Assembly: GCA_045863235.1 (NCBI GenBank)
Contig: BTUM01000056.1
Location: 1 to 52,686 of the forward strand
Direction: 5' to 3'
From: Candidatus Xenobia bacterium
GTDB lineage: Bacteria > Vulcanimicrobiota > Xenobia > Xenobiales > QWHO01
Length of the DNA: 52,686 nt
Shown: positions 36,421-46,023 of the stretch, in pieces
Layout: the number at the start of each line of letters is the position of its first letter
Numbering within the stretch: position 1 is the stretch's first letter
Notes under the pieces: generated by a model
What the model saw: only the letters and a program-made list of their open reading frames with translations
Told to the model about the DNA's origin: nothing
The model's database searches: none
Program-made: the position numbers and the translations under genes

Positions 36421-36625
36421 AGATCAAGCGTACAGAGGAGAGCTTTGGAAAAGCTTTGCGCCGTCATGTCCGGTGCTGGCTCGAGGCCTGTGGCCGGCCC
36501 CGCGCCGGAGCGGTCAGCCCGAGGCAAAGAGGCCGTTCGGGCACGCTGCTTCGTCTTTGAACCGCAAAGCGGCGGAGAGACTCTGTCGAGCCAACCGGCC
36601 GAGCTGCGGTTGGTGGCCGAGTTGC

Positions 36626-38266
36626 TCAGGAGGGCCCGCCCCACCGCAGCCAGGCGTTGGGACGCGGAAGGGGCCCACAGAACTCGTCCGGTTTCAGACC
36701 GGCCATCTGCTGGCGATGCTGAGCCAGCTTCCGCTCGGTCTCCTGGCGGCTCAGGCCGGGGGGAACCACGCTCACGGTCTGCATCATGCCCACGCACTCG
36801 TGGGTGAGAATGTGGCAGTGCAGGACGTAGACTCCCTCAAAGTCCAGGAAGCGCGTTCGGAAGGTGATGCTGCCTGGGGTCCCGGCTGCCATGGCGGGCA
36901 GGATGATGGTATCTCGCCAGACCGGGGTCGCCAGGGGAACCCCGTTCTGCTCGATGACCAGAAACGGGTTGACGTGGATGTGAAAAGGATGCTCGAAGGG
37001 AGTGGTGTTGAAGACGGTCCACTCCTCCACGGCGCCGAGCTCGACGAGCTGGTCGATGCGGTCGGGGTCGAACTTCTGGCCGTCGATCTCAAAGCCCGCG
37101 ATGGGGAAATCGGGCTGGGGCGGGATCACCTCGAAGGTCAACTGGCGGCGATTGGTTACCTCCTCGGGCTCGATGAAGCGCAGCAGCGAAGAGACCGGCA
37201 GGCTGGTGGGAATGCCCATGTCGATCGGGGGGGCGTCGAGCACCTTCACCGTGGCCATGGTGAATGGTTGGGTGGGCCCGAAGCCCTGATCGTGAGACAG
37301 GGATTGAAGCGCGTAGGTTCCGGGTTGACCGGCCCGGATGAGAAAGTCGGCCCGGTTGGCATTGCCGAGCAGAATCTGGCTCAGCTCCACGGGCTGGGGG
37401 AAGTTGTTCCCGTCGGCCGCGATCTGGAAGAGGGTGTGCTGCTCGAGGGCGAGCAAGATGAACGCGGCCACCCCTGCGTTGATGAAACGGACCCGAACCA
37501 CCTCGCCGGGGAGCATCTCCAGGGTGGGATTGACCAGGCCGTTGAGAAGCGCGATCTGCTCGGTATCGTTGAAGAAGGTGGAGAAGTCGAGGGGTGGCAC
37601 CCGTCCGGAGCTGTCCACCCGCAGCACCTGCTGGATCATCACGATGTCGCGGGCGGCGGCGATCTCAGGGACCTGGTCGATCTCGCCCTCGATGAGGATG
37701 GCTCCGGCCATGCCCCCGAACATCTGCACCGAAACCGAACCGTGGTTGTGGGGATGGTACCAGTAGGTGCCGGCGGGATGGTTGCCGGGCAGCTGGTAGC
37801 TGTAATCGTGCACGGCCCCGGGAGCCAGGGTCAACAGGACGTTGTCTCCCGGGTCTTGCGGGGTGACGTGGAATCCGTGGGTGTGCAGATTGGTGATGCT
37901 CGGATTCTGAGGCGGCAGGTTGGGATTGGCGGGGGCCGGCTGGTTGGAGACGGGCAGCTGGTTCTGGAAGCGCACGTTGAGCAGCTCCCCCTGGCGCACT
38001 CTCAAGGTGGGACCAGGGATCATGCCATTGTAGGTGCTGGTCAGAAGGCTCCGACCGGCGATCGTGCTGGGAGTGTTGGCCGCCACCAGCTCGGTGGCCA
38101 GCACGCCGTCACGGGAGCTCAGAACGGGTGGCTGGGGAAAGGGGCTGACCGCGGGAAGCGGGGGGACGGGCTGCACGGGGCTCACGGTGGAGGTGCCACA
38201 GCCGGCGGCCACTCCCAGGGCTCCGCACAGAGCCGTCTGCAGGAGCTGGCGACGAGTCAATGACAT
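36626..38266 (-). CDS. Multicopper oxidase, Tat-exported lipoprotein
   Basis: TRRQLL Tat motif, lipobox AAG-C; copper motifs HTHG, YWYHPH, HPFHIH, HCHILTHECVGM. Confidence 0.95.
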   Translation of the reverse strand: MSLTRRQLLQTALCGALGVAAGCGTSTVSPVQPVPPLPAVSPFPQPPVLSSRDGVLATELVAANTPSTIAGRSLLTSTYNGMIPGPTLRVRQGELLNVRFQNQLPVSNQPAPANPNLPPQNPSITNLHTHGFHVTPQDPGDNVLLTLAPGAVHDYSYQLPGNHPAGTYWYHPHNHGSVSVQMFGGMAGAILIEGEIDQVPEIAAARDIVMIQQVLRVDSSGRVPPLDFSTFFNDTEQIALLNGLVNPTLEMLPGEVVRVRFINAGVAAFILLALEQHTLFQIAADGNNFPQPVELSQILLGNANRADFLIRAGQPGTYALQSLSHDQGFGPTQPFTMATVKVLDAPPIDMGIPTSLPVSSLLRFIEPEEVTNRRQLTFEVIPPQPDFPIAGFEIDGQKFDPDRIDQLVELGAVEEWTVFNTTPFEHPFHIHVNPFLVIEQNGVPLATPVWRDTIILPAMAAGTPGSITFRTRFLDFEGVYVLHCHILTHECVGMMQTVSVVPPGLSRQETERKLAQHRQQMAGLKPDEFCGPLPRPNAWLRWGGPS

Positions 38267-38369
38267 GGGCAACCGCTTCGCTCTCGAGAGGGCAAGCCCT
38301 GGAAGCAGCCTCGTAACCCGGGATCAGGCGCCACGCGCTGCACACTTCGGGAATGAGCGCGGCGCCGTG

Positions 38370-38936
38370 TCAAGGCTCGGGACTGTAGCTCAGGCGGTAG
38401 CCGAGCAGTTTGCCCAGCCAGGCCAGCCCGCCCACCAGCATGGTCTGCAGTCCGACAGGAAGACCCTCCAGGTAGCTCTCGGGATGAAGACCCTGAATCA
38501 TCACGGCGGCGTGCAGGGGGTTGCGCGGCAGGCCCTGGCGGTTGACCTTGCGGTCGCGAGCCATGGCCCCCAGGCTCCGAAAAATGGTCTCCACGCGCTC
38601 CATGGCCTCCAGGGCAGGCTCGGGGGAGTGGATGGTCTGGATGAAATGAAGCTCCTCGCTCCCGGTATTCCAGGGATGGATGTGGGGCACTCCCGCCGGC
38701 AGCTCCACGGTCTGGCCGGCGGCCACCGGCAGGATCTCGCGGCCAAGCCGGTAGCTGCCCTCTCCGGACAGAACCTGGAAGCTCTCCCTCAAGCGAGGAT
38801 GGAAGTGGGCCACCATCTCGCGCGCCCCACCGGGCTGCACCCAGTACTCGATCTGCAACCGGGTCCCGGGCGGGGCTTCCAGGTCGTGATGAAAACAGAG
38901 CTTCATTCCCAACACGGGATTCTCGATCAGGTCCAT
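38370..38936 (-). CDS. Cupin domain protein
   Basis: HFHPRLRESFQVLSG and GQTVELPAGVPH cupin motifs. Confidence 0.85.
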   Translation of the reverse strand: MDLIENPVLGMKLCFHHDLEAPPGTRLQIEYWVQPGGAREMVAHFHPRLRESFQVLSGEGSYRLGREILPVAAGQTVELPAGVPHIHPWNTGSEELHFIQTIHSPEPALEAMERVETIFRSLGAMARDRKVNRQGLPRNPLHAAVMIQGLHPESYLEGLPVGLQTMLVGGLAWLGKLLGYRLSYSPEP

Positions 38937-39024
38937 GACAGGGCACTCTTCGCCCGGGTCCACCTGCTCCCCTCGACTGACGCAAATCATCGCTCCCGAG
39001 CCCCAGGGTGAGTAGGCTTCAAGC

Positions 39025-40875
39025 GTGAGCCTGGAAACGATCTACAAGGAGCTGCGGGAGGTGGAAGCGCGGGTTTCGACCTTCGTTTCCGAGCATGCCG
39101 GCCTGCTCTCTCGTGTGCACCCGAAGTATCGCGCCAGCGCTGAGAACCTGCTGGTCTATGTGGGGCTGCGCCAACTCGACCTGAGGGACCTGCAGCAGAG
39201 ACTGAGCGAGTGGGGCCTTTCCTCGCTGGGTCGCTGCGAGGGACACGTGCGCTCGAGCCTGCGCGAGTTGCACGCTCGGGTGGAGGATTCGCTGCACCTG
39301 ACAAGGGCACCGGTCTTCTCCGACCAGAGCGCCGTTTCGCGCGTTCAGGCCAGGCGGCTGTTGCGGCAGCACACCCGGGCGCTGCTGGGCGAACCTCCCC
39401 CGGAGCGCCACGTTCTCATCATGGTGACGGCTCCAGATGAGCCGCCCACCGAGGAGGAATGCGCCGCGCTTCTTGAGTCCGGGGTGAACGTGCTGCGCAT
39501 CAACACCGCTCACGGCTCGCTGGGGGAGTGGCAAGAAACAGCTGAGCGGATCCGCAAGGTGGCCGCCCGCCTGGCTCGCACGGTCTCGGTGGAAGTGGAT
39601 CTGCAGGGCCCCAAAGTTCGCACTGCTGCCATCGAGCCGGGGCCATCCGTGATCCGCTTTCGGCCGCCCAAGGATCAGCTCGGCCGGGTCACCTGCGCTC
39701 TGCGCGTGCCCATCGTGGGCGCCTCCGAGAGCGGGCTCGAGCTTGGCCAGCCGGCCCTGCGAGTGAGCGACTCGTGGGTGAGGAACATGCGTCGCGACGA
39801 TGAGATCGTCACCCGCGACAGTCGCGACCGGCCCCGAGTCTTTCGTCTCAGCGAGGTGGCCCCACGCTGCGCGATCGGCGAGCTCGAGCGGACCTGCTAC
39901 CTCACTCCGGACTGCCAGCTGGTCTGGCGCCGGGATGGCCAGGTGCTCGGCCGCTGTCAGCCCCACGGCATCGAGCCGTTGGAGGGCTTCCTGTCGCTGA
40001 GCGCCGGGGACGAAGTGCACCTCCTGCTGGATGGCAGCCAGGGTCAACCGGGGATGCGTAATCCGCTGGATGCTCGCTCCTGGTCGGTCGTGCCGCGTCT
40101 GGGGCTGCTGCTGGAGGAGTGCTCCCTGACGCTCGCCCCCCGACAGCGGGTCATGATTGACGACGGTCAGGTGGAGGTGGTGGTGGACTCGGTGGAGGGG
40201 AACCTGGTGCGGGCGCGGGTCAGCAAGGCGGCCCGGACCAACGTAAAAATCAGAGCCGAGAAGGGGGTCAACTTCCCGGACACCGTGGTCAGCGGCCCTG
40301 CCCTGTCGTCCGGCGATCGGGAGATCCTGCCCGAGGTGGTCAAGTTCGCCGACGTCCTGGGCCTGTCGTTCGTTCGCACGGCCGCCGACGTGCGCAAGGC
40401 CCGGGAGGAGATCGAGCGAGCCGCCGGGGGCCGAGCGATGCCGGGCATCGTGGTCAAGATCGAGACGGCCCAGGCCCTGAGCAGCCTGCCCGAGGTCTTG
40501 CTGGAAGCGCTGGTTCAATTTCCGGTGGGTATCATGATCGCCCGGGGCGACCTGGCCGCCGAGGTCGGCTTCGAGCGGTTGGCCGAGGTCCAGCAGGAGA
40601 TCCTCTGGTTCGCAGAGGCCGCCCACCTGCCCGTGATCTGGGCCACCCAGGTGCTGGATACGCTGGCCCGCACCGGTATCCCCTCGCGGGCCGAGGTAAC
40701 GGACGCCTCGATGTCGGTGCAGGCCGAGTGCGTGATGCTGAACAAGGGGCCTTTCGTGACCGAGGCCTGCCGCACTCTAGACGCCATCTTGCACAGCATG
40801 GAGGCTCACCAGTATAAGAAGCTGAGCCTGTACCGGCCACTGAGGATCTCCACCCTCCCCCTGGCCCAGGTCTGA
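39025..40875 (+). CDS. pyk: Pyruvate kinase (long form)
   Basis: RINTAH, DLQGPKVRT, KGVNFP, VKIET, MIARGDL, WATQVL, PSRAEVTDA. Confidence 0.92.
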   Translation: MSLETIYKELREVEARVSTFVSEHAGLLSRVHPKYRASAENLLVYVGLRQLDLRDLQQRLSEWGLSSLGRCEGHVRSSLRELHARVEDSLHLTRAPVFSDQSAVSRVQARRLLRQHTRALLGEPPPERHVLIMVTAPDEPPTEEECAALLESGVNVLRINTAHGSLGEWQETAERIRKVAARLARTVSVEVDLQGPKVRTAAIEPGPSVIRFRPPKDQLGRVTCALRVPIVGASESGLELGQPALRVSDSWVRNMRRDDEIVTRDSRDRPRVFRLSEVAPRCAIGELERTCYLTPDCQLVWRRDGQVLGRCQPHGIEPLEGFLSLSAGDEVHLLLDGSQGQPGMRNPLDARSWSVVPRLGLLLEECSLTLAPRQRVMIDDGQVEVVVDSVEGNLVRARVSKAARTNVKIRAEKGVNFPDTVVSGPALSSGDREILPEVVKFADVLGLSFVRTAADVRKAREEIERAAGGRAMPGIVVKIETAQALSSLPEVLLEALVQFPVGIMIARGDLAAEVGFERLAEVQQEILWFAEAAHLPVIWATQVLDTLARTGIPSRAEVTDASMSVQAECVMLNKGPFVTEACRTLDAILHSMEAHQYKKLSLYRPLRISTLPLAQV

Positions 40876-40876
40876 C

Positions 40877-42100
40877 TCAGCCTGTGGCTGTCGGTTCTCG
40901 GCCCGGGTCCGGGCAGGCAAGCCAGGCCACCTGGCACAGAGCGATCGTGGCCCAGAACCAGCCAAACCGGGGCGCATCGCGGGTGACCAGGTGAGCGAGC
41001 ATGAGGACCGCGGCGAGCGCCACCAGGCGAACTTCCGGCCGACTCCAGTCGGAGCGAGTCCATGCAATCGGCCCTCCCGCCAGGACGAGGGTCGCGCTGG
41101 ACCAAACCAGTCCCCCCAAACAGAGGAAGAAGAGAAATCCGCTGTGAGGGCCAAGCGGTGTCTGGAGAGCTGACTCAAACTCGGCCTCCGAGGGGCTCAG
41201 AGGCGCGTAGGCTCGCTCCAACAACTGGCGAGATTTGAACTCCTGGCTTCTGAGAGCGGCCGATGGCCAGCCAAACCCGACCAGCTTCTCCCACCAGGTC
41301 GCGTTCCAGTAAGCTCGGACGTACGGCTCGTGAGCCACTGCCCGGTAGAGGCTTGGGGTCCTCCAGTCGATACGGGTCGGCAGGACCATATGCTCGCGCG
41401 TGAGGCACCCCAACACGATGACCGCGAGCAACCCTCCCGCGGCCAGCCCCCAGATCCGACTCCAGAGGCCGGCCCCGGCCCGCAGGCGGCCAAGCCAGAG
41501 GAGCAGGCAGAAGGTCAAGAGCGAGTCTCTTCCGCGGGTGAGGATAGACAGGCTGACCAGCACGGTCAAAGCCACAAGCTCCAGGCGAGTCAAAGGCCCT
41601 CTGGCCAGAGCCAGGGCCGCAACCAGACTCACGAAGAACAGATAGGAAGCGTGCTTGTTCCCGCCGCCAGAGAAGAGGGAGAATCGGATCGTGAGCCAGC
41701 CCGAGACATCCTCGTAGCCGGCCACATACTGAAAGAGCGGGACGCCCGCCAGCCCCGCGAGCAGGAGAAGCGAGGTGAGCGCCAACCACCACCGCAGAAC
41801 CAGACGGCAGAATGGACCCGGTCCAAGATTCCTGGCGACCACGAAGACGGCCACATAGATCAAGAAGAAGAAGAACTGAGCCAACCATACCTTCCGCTCC
41901 GGATGCACCACCAGCAGGAAAGCGATTCCACCCACGTAGACCAGGAAGGCCCGCCGCGCGGCAAACGGCAGTTTGTGCAGGTACCCCGCCCTGGCAATCG
42001 CGAACAGGGCCAGGAGCAAGGGGGGAACAGCCACCAGGGTGGTCAGGACTCCGACCTGCAATAAAGCCAGGCTCAGCGCCAGCAGGTGGGCCGGACTCAA
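40877..42100 (-). CDS. Polytopic membrane protein, O-antigen ligase/polymerase-like
   Basis: About 10-12 TM segments, LTRGR, periplasmic loop with VGFG and PHSGFL. Confidence 0.6.
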   Translation of the reverse strand: MSPAHLLALSLALLQVGVLTTLVAVPPLLLALFAIARAGYLHKLPFAARRAFLVYVGGIAFLLVVHPERKVWLAQFFFFLIYVAVFVVARNLGPGPFCRLVLRWWLALTSLLLLAGLAGVPLFQYVAGYEDVSGWLTIRFSLFSGGGNKHASYLFFVSLVAALALARGPLTRLELVALTVLVSLSILTRGRDSLLTFCLLLWLGRLRAGAGLWSRIWGLAAGGLLAVIVLGCLTREHMVLPTRIDWRTPSLYRAVAHEPYVRAYWNATWWEKLVGFGWPSAALRSQEFKSRQLLERAYAPLSPSEAEFESALQTPLGPHSGFLFFLCLGGLVWSSATLVLAGGPIAWTRSDWSRPEVRLVALAAVLMLAHLVTRDAPRFGWFWATIALCQVAWLACPDPGREPTATG

Positions 42101-42484
42101 GACTCAGAGCGCCCGACGCGCCGACGCACAGAGCAGGCGGGCCACCTCTTGAGGAAAGTATGGCGCGGCACCGTGGGCAAGGTCGAACACGGCGGTCTCC
42201 TCGGAGGAAAGGATCTGGAGAGGGGCGCGCGCACGGTCATCCAGTCCTGCACCCCCCGCCGGACAACCTCCTGCCTCCAGCCAGCTGACACGACAGAGTC
42301 GTTGCACCGGCGTGAGCGCACCCAATCCCGGCCAGGTGACGAAGTGGCCACGCCTGGCAACGGTCGCGGATTCTGCTCTTCTGGCAGTGGATGAAGAGGC
42401 TCAGTCCTGCAAGACTCGACTTTCAGATCGTTTTCGCCCCGATGCCCTACCATGGCAGCGATTCATCCGAGAGGAGAGATTTCC

Positions 42485-42730
42485 GTGCAGGTTCGTTCCG
42501 TCAAAGAAACGGTGGCGGTCATGGTTGTGGTGGCCGGGTACCGGCTGGAGGGCGAGGTTCACGTATCGCCAGGCGGGCGTCTGACGGACGAGGTGAACCG
42601 CGAAACCGAGTTCATCCCCATGACGCGCGTAACGGTGTTCACGCTGGCCGGGCAAAGGGTGGTCGCGCTCGGATTCCTGACCCTGAACAAGAGAAACATC
42701 CTCTTCATGGCGCCACTCGAGAAGTCATGA
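42485..42730 (+). CDS. Small DUF6812-like protein
   Basis: YRLEGEVHV...RLTDEVN...FIPMT...LNKRNI pattern; GAGGAG RBS; ATGA overlap with the next gene. Confidence 0.7.
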   Translation: MQVRSVKETVAVMVVVAGYRLEGEVHVSPGGRLTDEVNRETEFIPMTRVTVFTLAGQRVVALGFLTLNKRNILFMAPLEKS

Positions 42731-43938
42731 TCGCGGACCGTTTCCGCTCGATGATGTCGGACCTGGATCCGACAGTCTACGAGAGCTACATCTATATGGC
42801 GGTGCGACTCGGATCGAGCGACATCCACTTCGAGCCGCTGGAAGGGGAGTTGCGGGTCCGCTTGCGGGTGGACGGTGCGTTGCACGAGCTGGCGCGCATC
42901 CCGCACGTGGGGGCGGCAGCCAAGAAGGCTCACCCGCTGATCGTCCAGATCAAAGCGGCCTCGGGAATGCAGCTGCAGTCGCGCGTGCCCGAGGACGGAC
43001 GTCTGGAAGCGGTCGTGCAGGGCCACCCGCTCTCGCTGCGCGTGGCCAGCATGCCCCAGGTTTTCGGCGAGAAGGTCGTGCTGCGTCTGTTCGACGTGAG
43101 CAAGATCCAGACCATGGAAGGCCTGGGATTTCGTGAGAACCAGCTGGACCGGGTGCTGAACGCCATCGGGAGGAAGTCGGGCATCGTGCTGGTGGCCGGG
43201 CCGACCGGCTCGGGGAAGACGACCACCCTGTACGCGATTTTGAACCACCTCAACAAGGAGAGCCGCAACCTGGTGTCCATCGAGGACCCGGTGGAGCACC
43301 ACCTGACCAACGTGAACCAGATCCAGGTCTCGGCCACGGGCGTGAGTTTTGAGACGGCGATGCGCGCGCTGCTGCGGCACGATCCGGACATCATCATGGT
43401 GGGCGAGATCCGCGACCGGGTGACGGCGGAAATGGCCTTTCACGCAGCCCTGACCGGACACCTGGTGCTGACCACCGTGCACGCCCAGGATACCGTGGGA
43501 GCGCTGATGCGGCTGGTGGACCTGCAGGTGCCGCAGGTGATCATGGCTCACGCCATCAACGGAGTGGTCGCGCAGCGACTGATGGGACGCCTGTGCGACT
43601 GCGCCATCCCGGGAGTGCACCCGCCGCTCGAGCGGGTGAATACCTACGAGCCGAACGGGTGCGACCGATGCATGGGCACGGGCTACGTGGGGCAGCAGGG
43701 GGTCCAAGAGGTGCTCGTGCCCACGGACCGGCTGCGCAAGGTGCTGAGCTTCCGGTTCAGCGATGAGGAGTTCCGCATGCTGGCGCTCAAGGAGGGGATG
43801 GAGACGCTGAAGGAGGACGCCATCTACAAGTCGATCGCCGGGCAGATCCATTACCGGGACGCGCTGGGGGTCACGGATGAGCCGCTGAACCGCATTCTGG
43901 CGGACATCAACCGGATGCTGGACAGGTTGGCCGGTTAA
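42727..43938 (+). CDS. GspE/PilB family assembly ATPase (short N-terminus)
   Basis: SDIHFEP, RLRVDG, GEKVVLR, GPTGSGKTTT, IEDPVE, MVGEIRD, zinc Cys pairs CDC/CDRC. Confidence 0.93.
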   Translation: MIADRFRSMMSDLDPTVYESYIYMAVRLGSSDIHFEPLEGELRVRLRVDGALHELARIPHVGAAAKKAHPLIVQIKAASGMQLQSRVPEDGRLEAVVQGHPLSLRVASMPQVFGEKVVLRLFDVSKIQTMEGLGFRENQLDRVLNAIGRKSGIVLVAGPTGSGKTTTLYAILNHLNKESRNLVSIEDPVEHHLTNVNQIQVSATGVSFETAMRALLRHDPDIIMVGEIRDRVTAEMAFHAALTGHLVLTTVHAQDTVGALMRLVDLQVPQVIMAHAINGVVAQRLMGRLCDCAIPGVHPPLERVNTYEPNGCDRCMGTGYVGQQGVQEVLVPTDRLRKVLSFRFSDEEFRMLALKEGMETLKEDAIYKSIAGQIHYRDALGVTDEPLNRILADINRMLDRLAG

Positions 43939-44172
43939 GGTTCTGGCCTTGCTTGAAGGCGACGTCTCTGTGCTCGGGCACGGTGGAATGGGAGCGCTCC
44001 CGGGCCACCCGGACCGATTTCACGGGCCTGTCGGCATATTGACGCTGGTGCACCTGCCACAGGGCCGGGCTTCGGAGCCCGGCCAAGCCTCGCTGGTTTC
44101 AGGGGTTGTTCGTACGGACGGGGCTCGACGGGCGAAAGGGAGCCGATCGGCCCGGGGCGAATCCCCGCAGCT

Positions 44173-44526
44173 GTGAGCTTCAATCCTCTGGCCCTGCAGC
44201 CTGATCGGCGCCTGCCCGTCCCTCCCGAGCTGAGCGAGGAGGACGCCGGGATGCTGCTGGGGCAGCTCGGTCAGGCGCTCCAGAATCAGGGGATGTATTT
44301 CGACCAGTTCCCCCACGCCAGCATCGCCCTGGCCACTTCGCTCGAAATGGGGGTTTTCCGGGTGGGCGACTCGGGCGCCCTGATGCCCCGCTCTCACGAG
44401 ATCGAGAACGGAGGCTGGGAGGTCATTGGCTTCGGTCTGCCCATCGATCCGTCGCGCTCCCCCGAAGCGGCAGTTGTGGCTGTATGGGCCTCCGACCTCG
44501 TCCCCGACCGGCCGGACGAGGACTGA
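44173..44526 (+). CDS. Hypothetical protein
   Basis: 117-aa ORF with coding-like codon bias. Confidence 0.55.
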   Translation: MSFNPLALQPDRRLPVPPELSEEDAGMLLGQLGQALQNQGMYFDQFPHASIALATSLEMGVFRVGDSGALMPRSHEIENGGWEVIGFGLPIDPSRSPEAAVVAVWASDLVPDRPDED

Positions 44527-44532
44527 GATTCG

Positions 44533-44562
44533 TTGACACCCCTCGCGCCGATGTGGTATAAC
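44533..44562 (+). promoter_or_regulatory. Near-consensus sigma70 promoter
   Basis: TTGACA-18 bp-TATAAC with extended TG. Confidence 0.75.
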
Positions 44563-44645
44563 TAGAAAGCTTTCCTGCGCCGTGCGGGCGCGATGCCTTA
44601 TCCCATTCGGGGTAAAGCGAGCAGAATGACGGAGGCGGCCGGCTA

Positions 44646-44858
44646 GTGCATTTTGTCCTGCTCTGGCTTACCATGGGGCTAGGCGTCCTGATACACTGCG
44701 GCATTGAAGACACGGTAACATATCTGGCGCTGGATGCGGCGTCCAGGGGCGACGAGACGGCCGAATCGAGCACGACCTACATCACGGTCTGTATGCTCTT
44801 GATGGTTCTGATGTGGCCCGTGGTCTTGCTCGAAATGGTGCGTAGCAACCAGCGCTGA
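44646..44858 (+). CDS. Small two-TM membrane protein
   Basis: 70 aa, two hydrophobic segments, GGAGG upstream. Confidence 0.45.
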   Translation: MHFVLLWLTMGLGVLIHCGIEDTVTYLALDAASRGDETAESSTTYITVCMLLMVLMWPVVLLEMVRSNQR

Positions 44859-44871
44859 GAAAACGACATAA

Positions 44872-44947
44872 GTGCCCATAGCTCAATGGATAGAGCGTTT
44901 GGCTACGGACCAAAAGGTTGGGGGTTCGAGTCCCTCTGGGCACGCCA
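44872..44947 (+). tRNA. tRNA-Arg (anticodon ACG)
   Basis: Acceptor stem GTGCCCA/TGGGCAC, anticodon arm TTTGG-CTACGGA-CCAAA, GTTCGAGTC T-loop, encoded CCA. Confidence 0.98.
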
Positions 44948-44950
44948 GAT

Positions 44951-44979
44951 AAAGGCCTCGCAGCGATGCGGGGCCTTTT
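44951..44979 (+). terminator. Rho-independent terminator after the tRNA
   Basis: aaaggcctcgca-gcga-tgcggggccttt stem-loop ending in TTTT. Confidence 0.85.
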
Positions 44980-45120
44980 GCTATCTTCGGATCCTGGAGG
45001 CACTCCTGCGCTCCGTAGCCGATGTCGCACCGGGTTGTCTTCGGAGAGCCCGGGGAACTGTCGTTCGGGCTCAACGTTTGGCAGGGGGACAACTGCCCGT
45101 GTCCCATCGACTCGCTGCAA

Positions 45121-45984
45121 TCAGATCGTTCGCTCGCAGAAGCCGCACATCTGGGCGCCGGGGTTGACGGGGCGCTGGCAGTGGGGGCACTTGCGGCCGA
45201 CGAGGGGCATCGCGACGGGGGTGGGGCGCTGAGCTGGAGCGGAGCGGACGCGGGGGGCGAGGTGGAACATGGGATGGTGCTCGAGCATGCCCTGGGACAT
45301 GAGCACGTAGATCTGCACGGCCTCGAACATGGGGAAAAGGCCAAACCAGACGCCGCTGGCCATCAGCACGGCCCCGGCCAAGAACGAGAGGGTGGCCACG
45401 GTGATGGCCACGCGGCGGGGGGGCCAGCGGGTGATGAGGAGGGCCACCAGGACGCGGCCGCCGTCCATGGGGTAGGCGGGCACGAACAGGTTGAGACAGA
45501 ACAAGATGGCCTGAAGGTGCAGGGCATACTGCAGGGCCAGCAGCCAGAAGCCCCCGCTCTCGGGAGCAAAGGTGAAAGGGTTGAGCAGGGCTGGCTTGGG
45601 TTGCAGGCCCAGGGCAAAGAGCAGGGCGGCGTAAACTGCGGCCTGAGGCAGGTGGGTCAGGGGTCCGGCCAGGGTGACCTTCAGGTCGTCCGAGGCGGTG
45701 CGACAGGGGCTGATATAGGCCAGGCCTCCCAGGGGCCAGAGCAGGATCTCGCGCACGGTGGAGCCCACCTTGCGCCCCATGAAGGCGTGGCCGAGCTCGT
45801 GGATGAGCACCGACAGGAACAAGAACCCCATCACGGCTGCGCCCAGGGCTCGGTCTTCAAAGCGGGCGATCTCCATCAGGATGAAGACGGGGAAGATCCA
45901 GTGGATGCGCAGAGGAAAGCCGAACAACCGGCCCAGCGGGAAGCTGAGGTTCAAGATCTGCATCAGGGACGGCTGCCGGGTCAT
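45121..45984 (-). CDS. Site-2 protease (peptidase M50) with C-terminal zinc ribbon
   Basis: HELGH, LWPLGG, AGP, NLFVPAYPMDGG; CPHC...CGFC. Confidence 0.92.
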   Translation of the reverse strand: MTRQPSLMQILNLSFPLGRLFGFPLRIHWIFPVFILMEIARFEDRALGAAVMGFLFLSVLIHELGHAFMGRKVGSTVREILLWPLGGLAYISPCRTASDDLKVTLAGPLTHLPQAAVYAALLFALGLQPKPALLNPFTFAPESGGFWLLALQYALHLQAILFCLNLFVPAYPMDGGRVLVALLITRWPPRRVAITVATLSFLAGAVLMASGVWFGLFPMFEAVQIYVLMSQGMLEHHPMFHLAPRVRSAPAQRPTPVAMPLVGRKCPHCQRPVNPGAQMCGFCERTI

Positions 45985-46023
45985 AGCCAGGATTTCTCGC
46001 TCGGGGGCGTTTCCCCCCGTTAC

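Noticed and set aside
44872..44947. tRNA as the attachment site of an integrated element
   Set aside because: No duplicated tRNA 3' end or integrase seen, and housekeeping-type genes follow.
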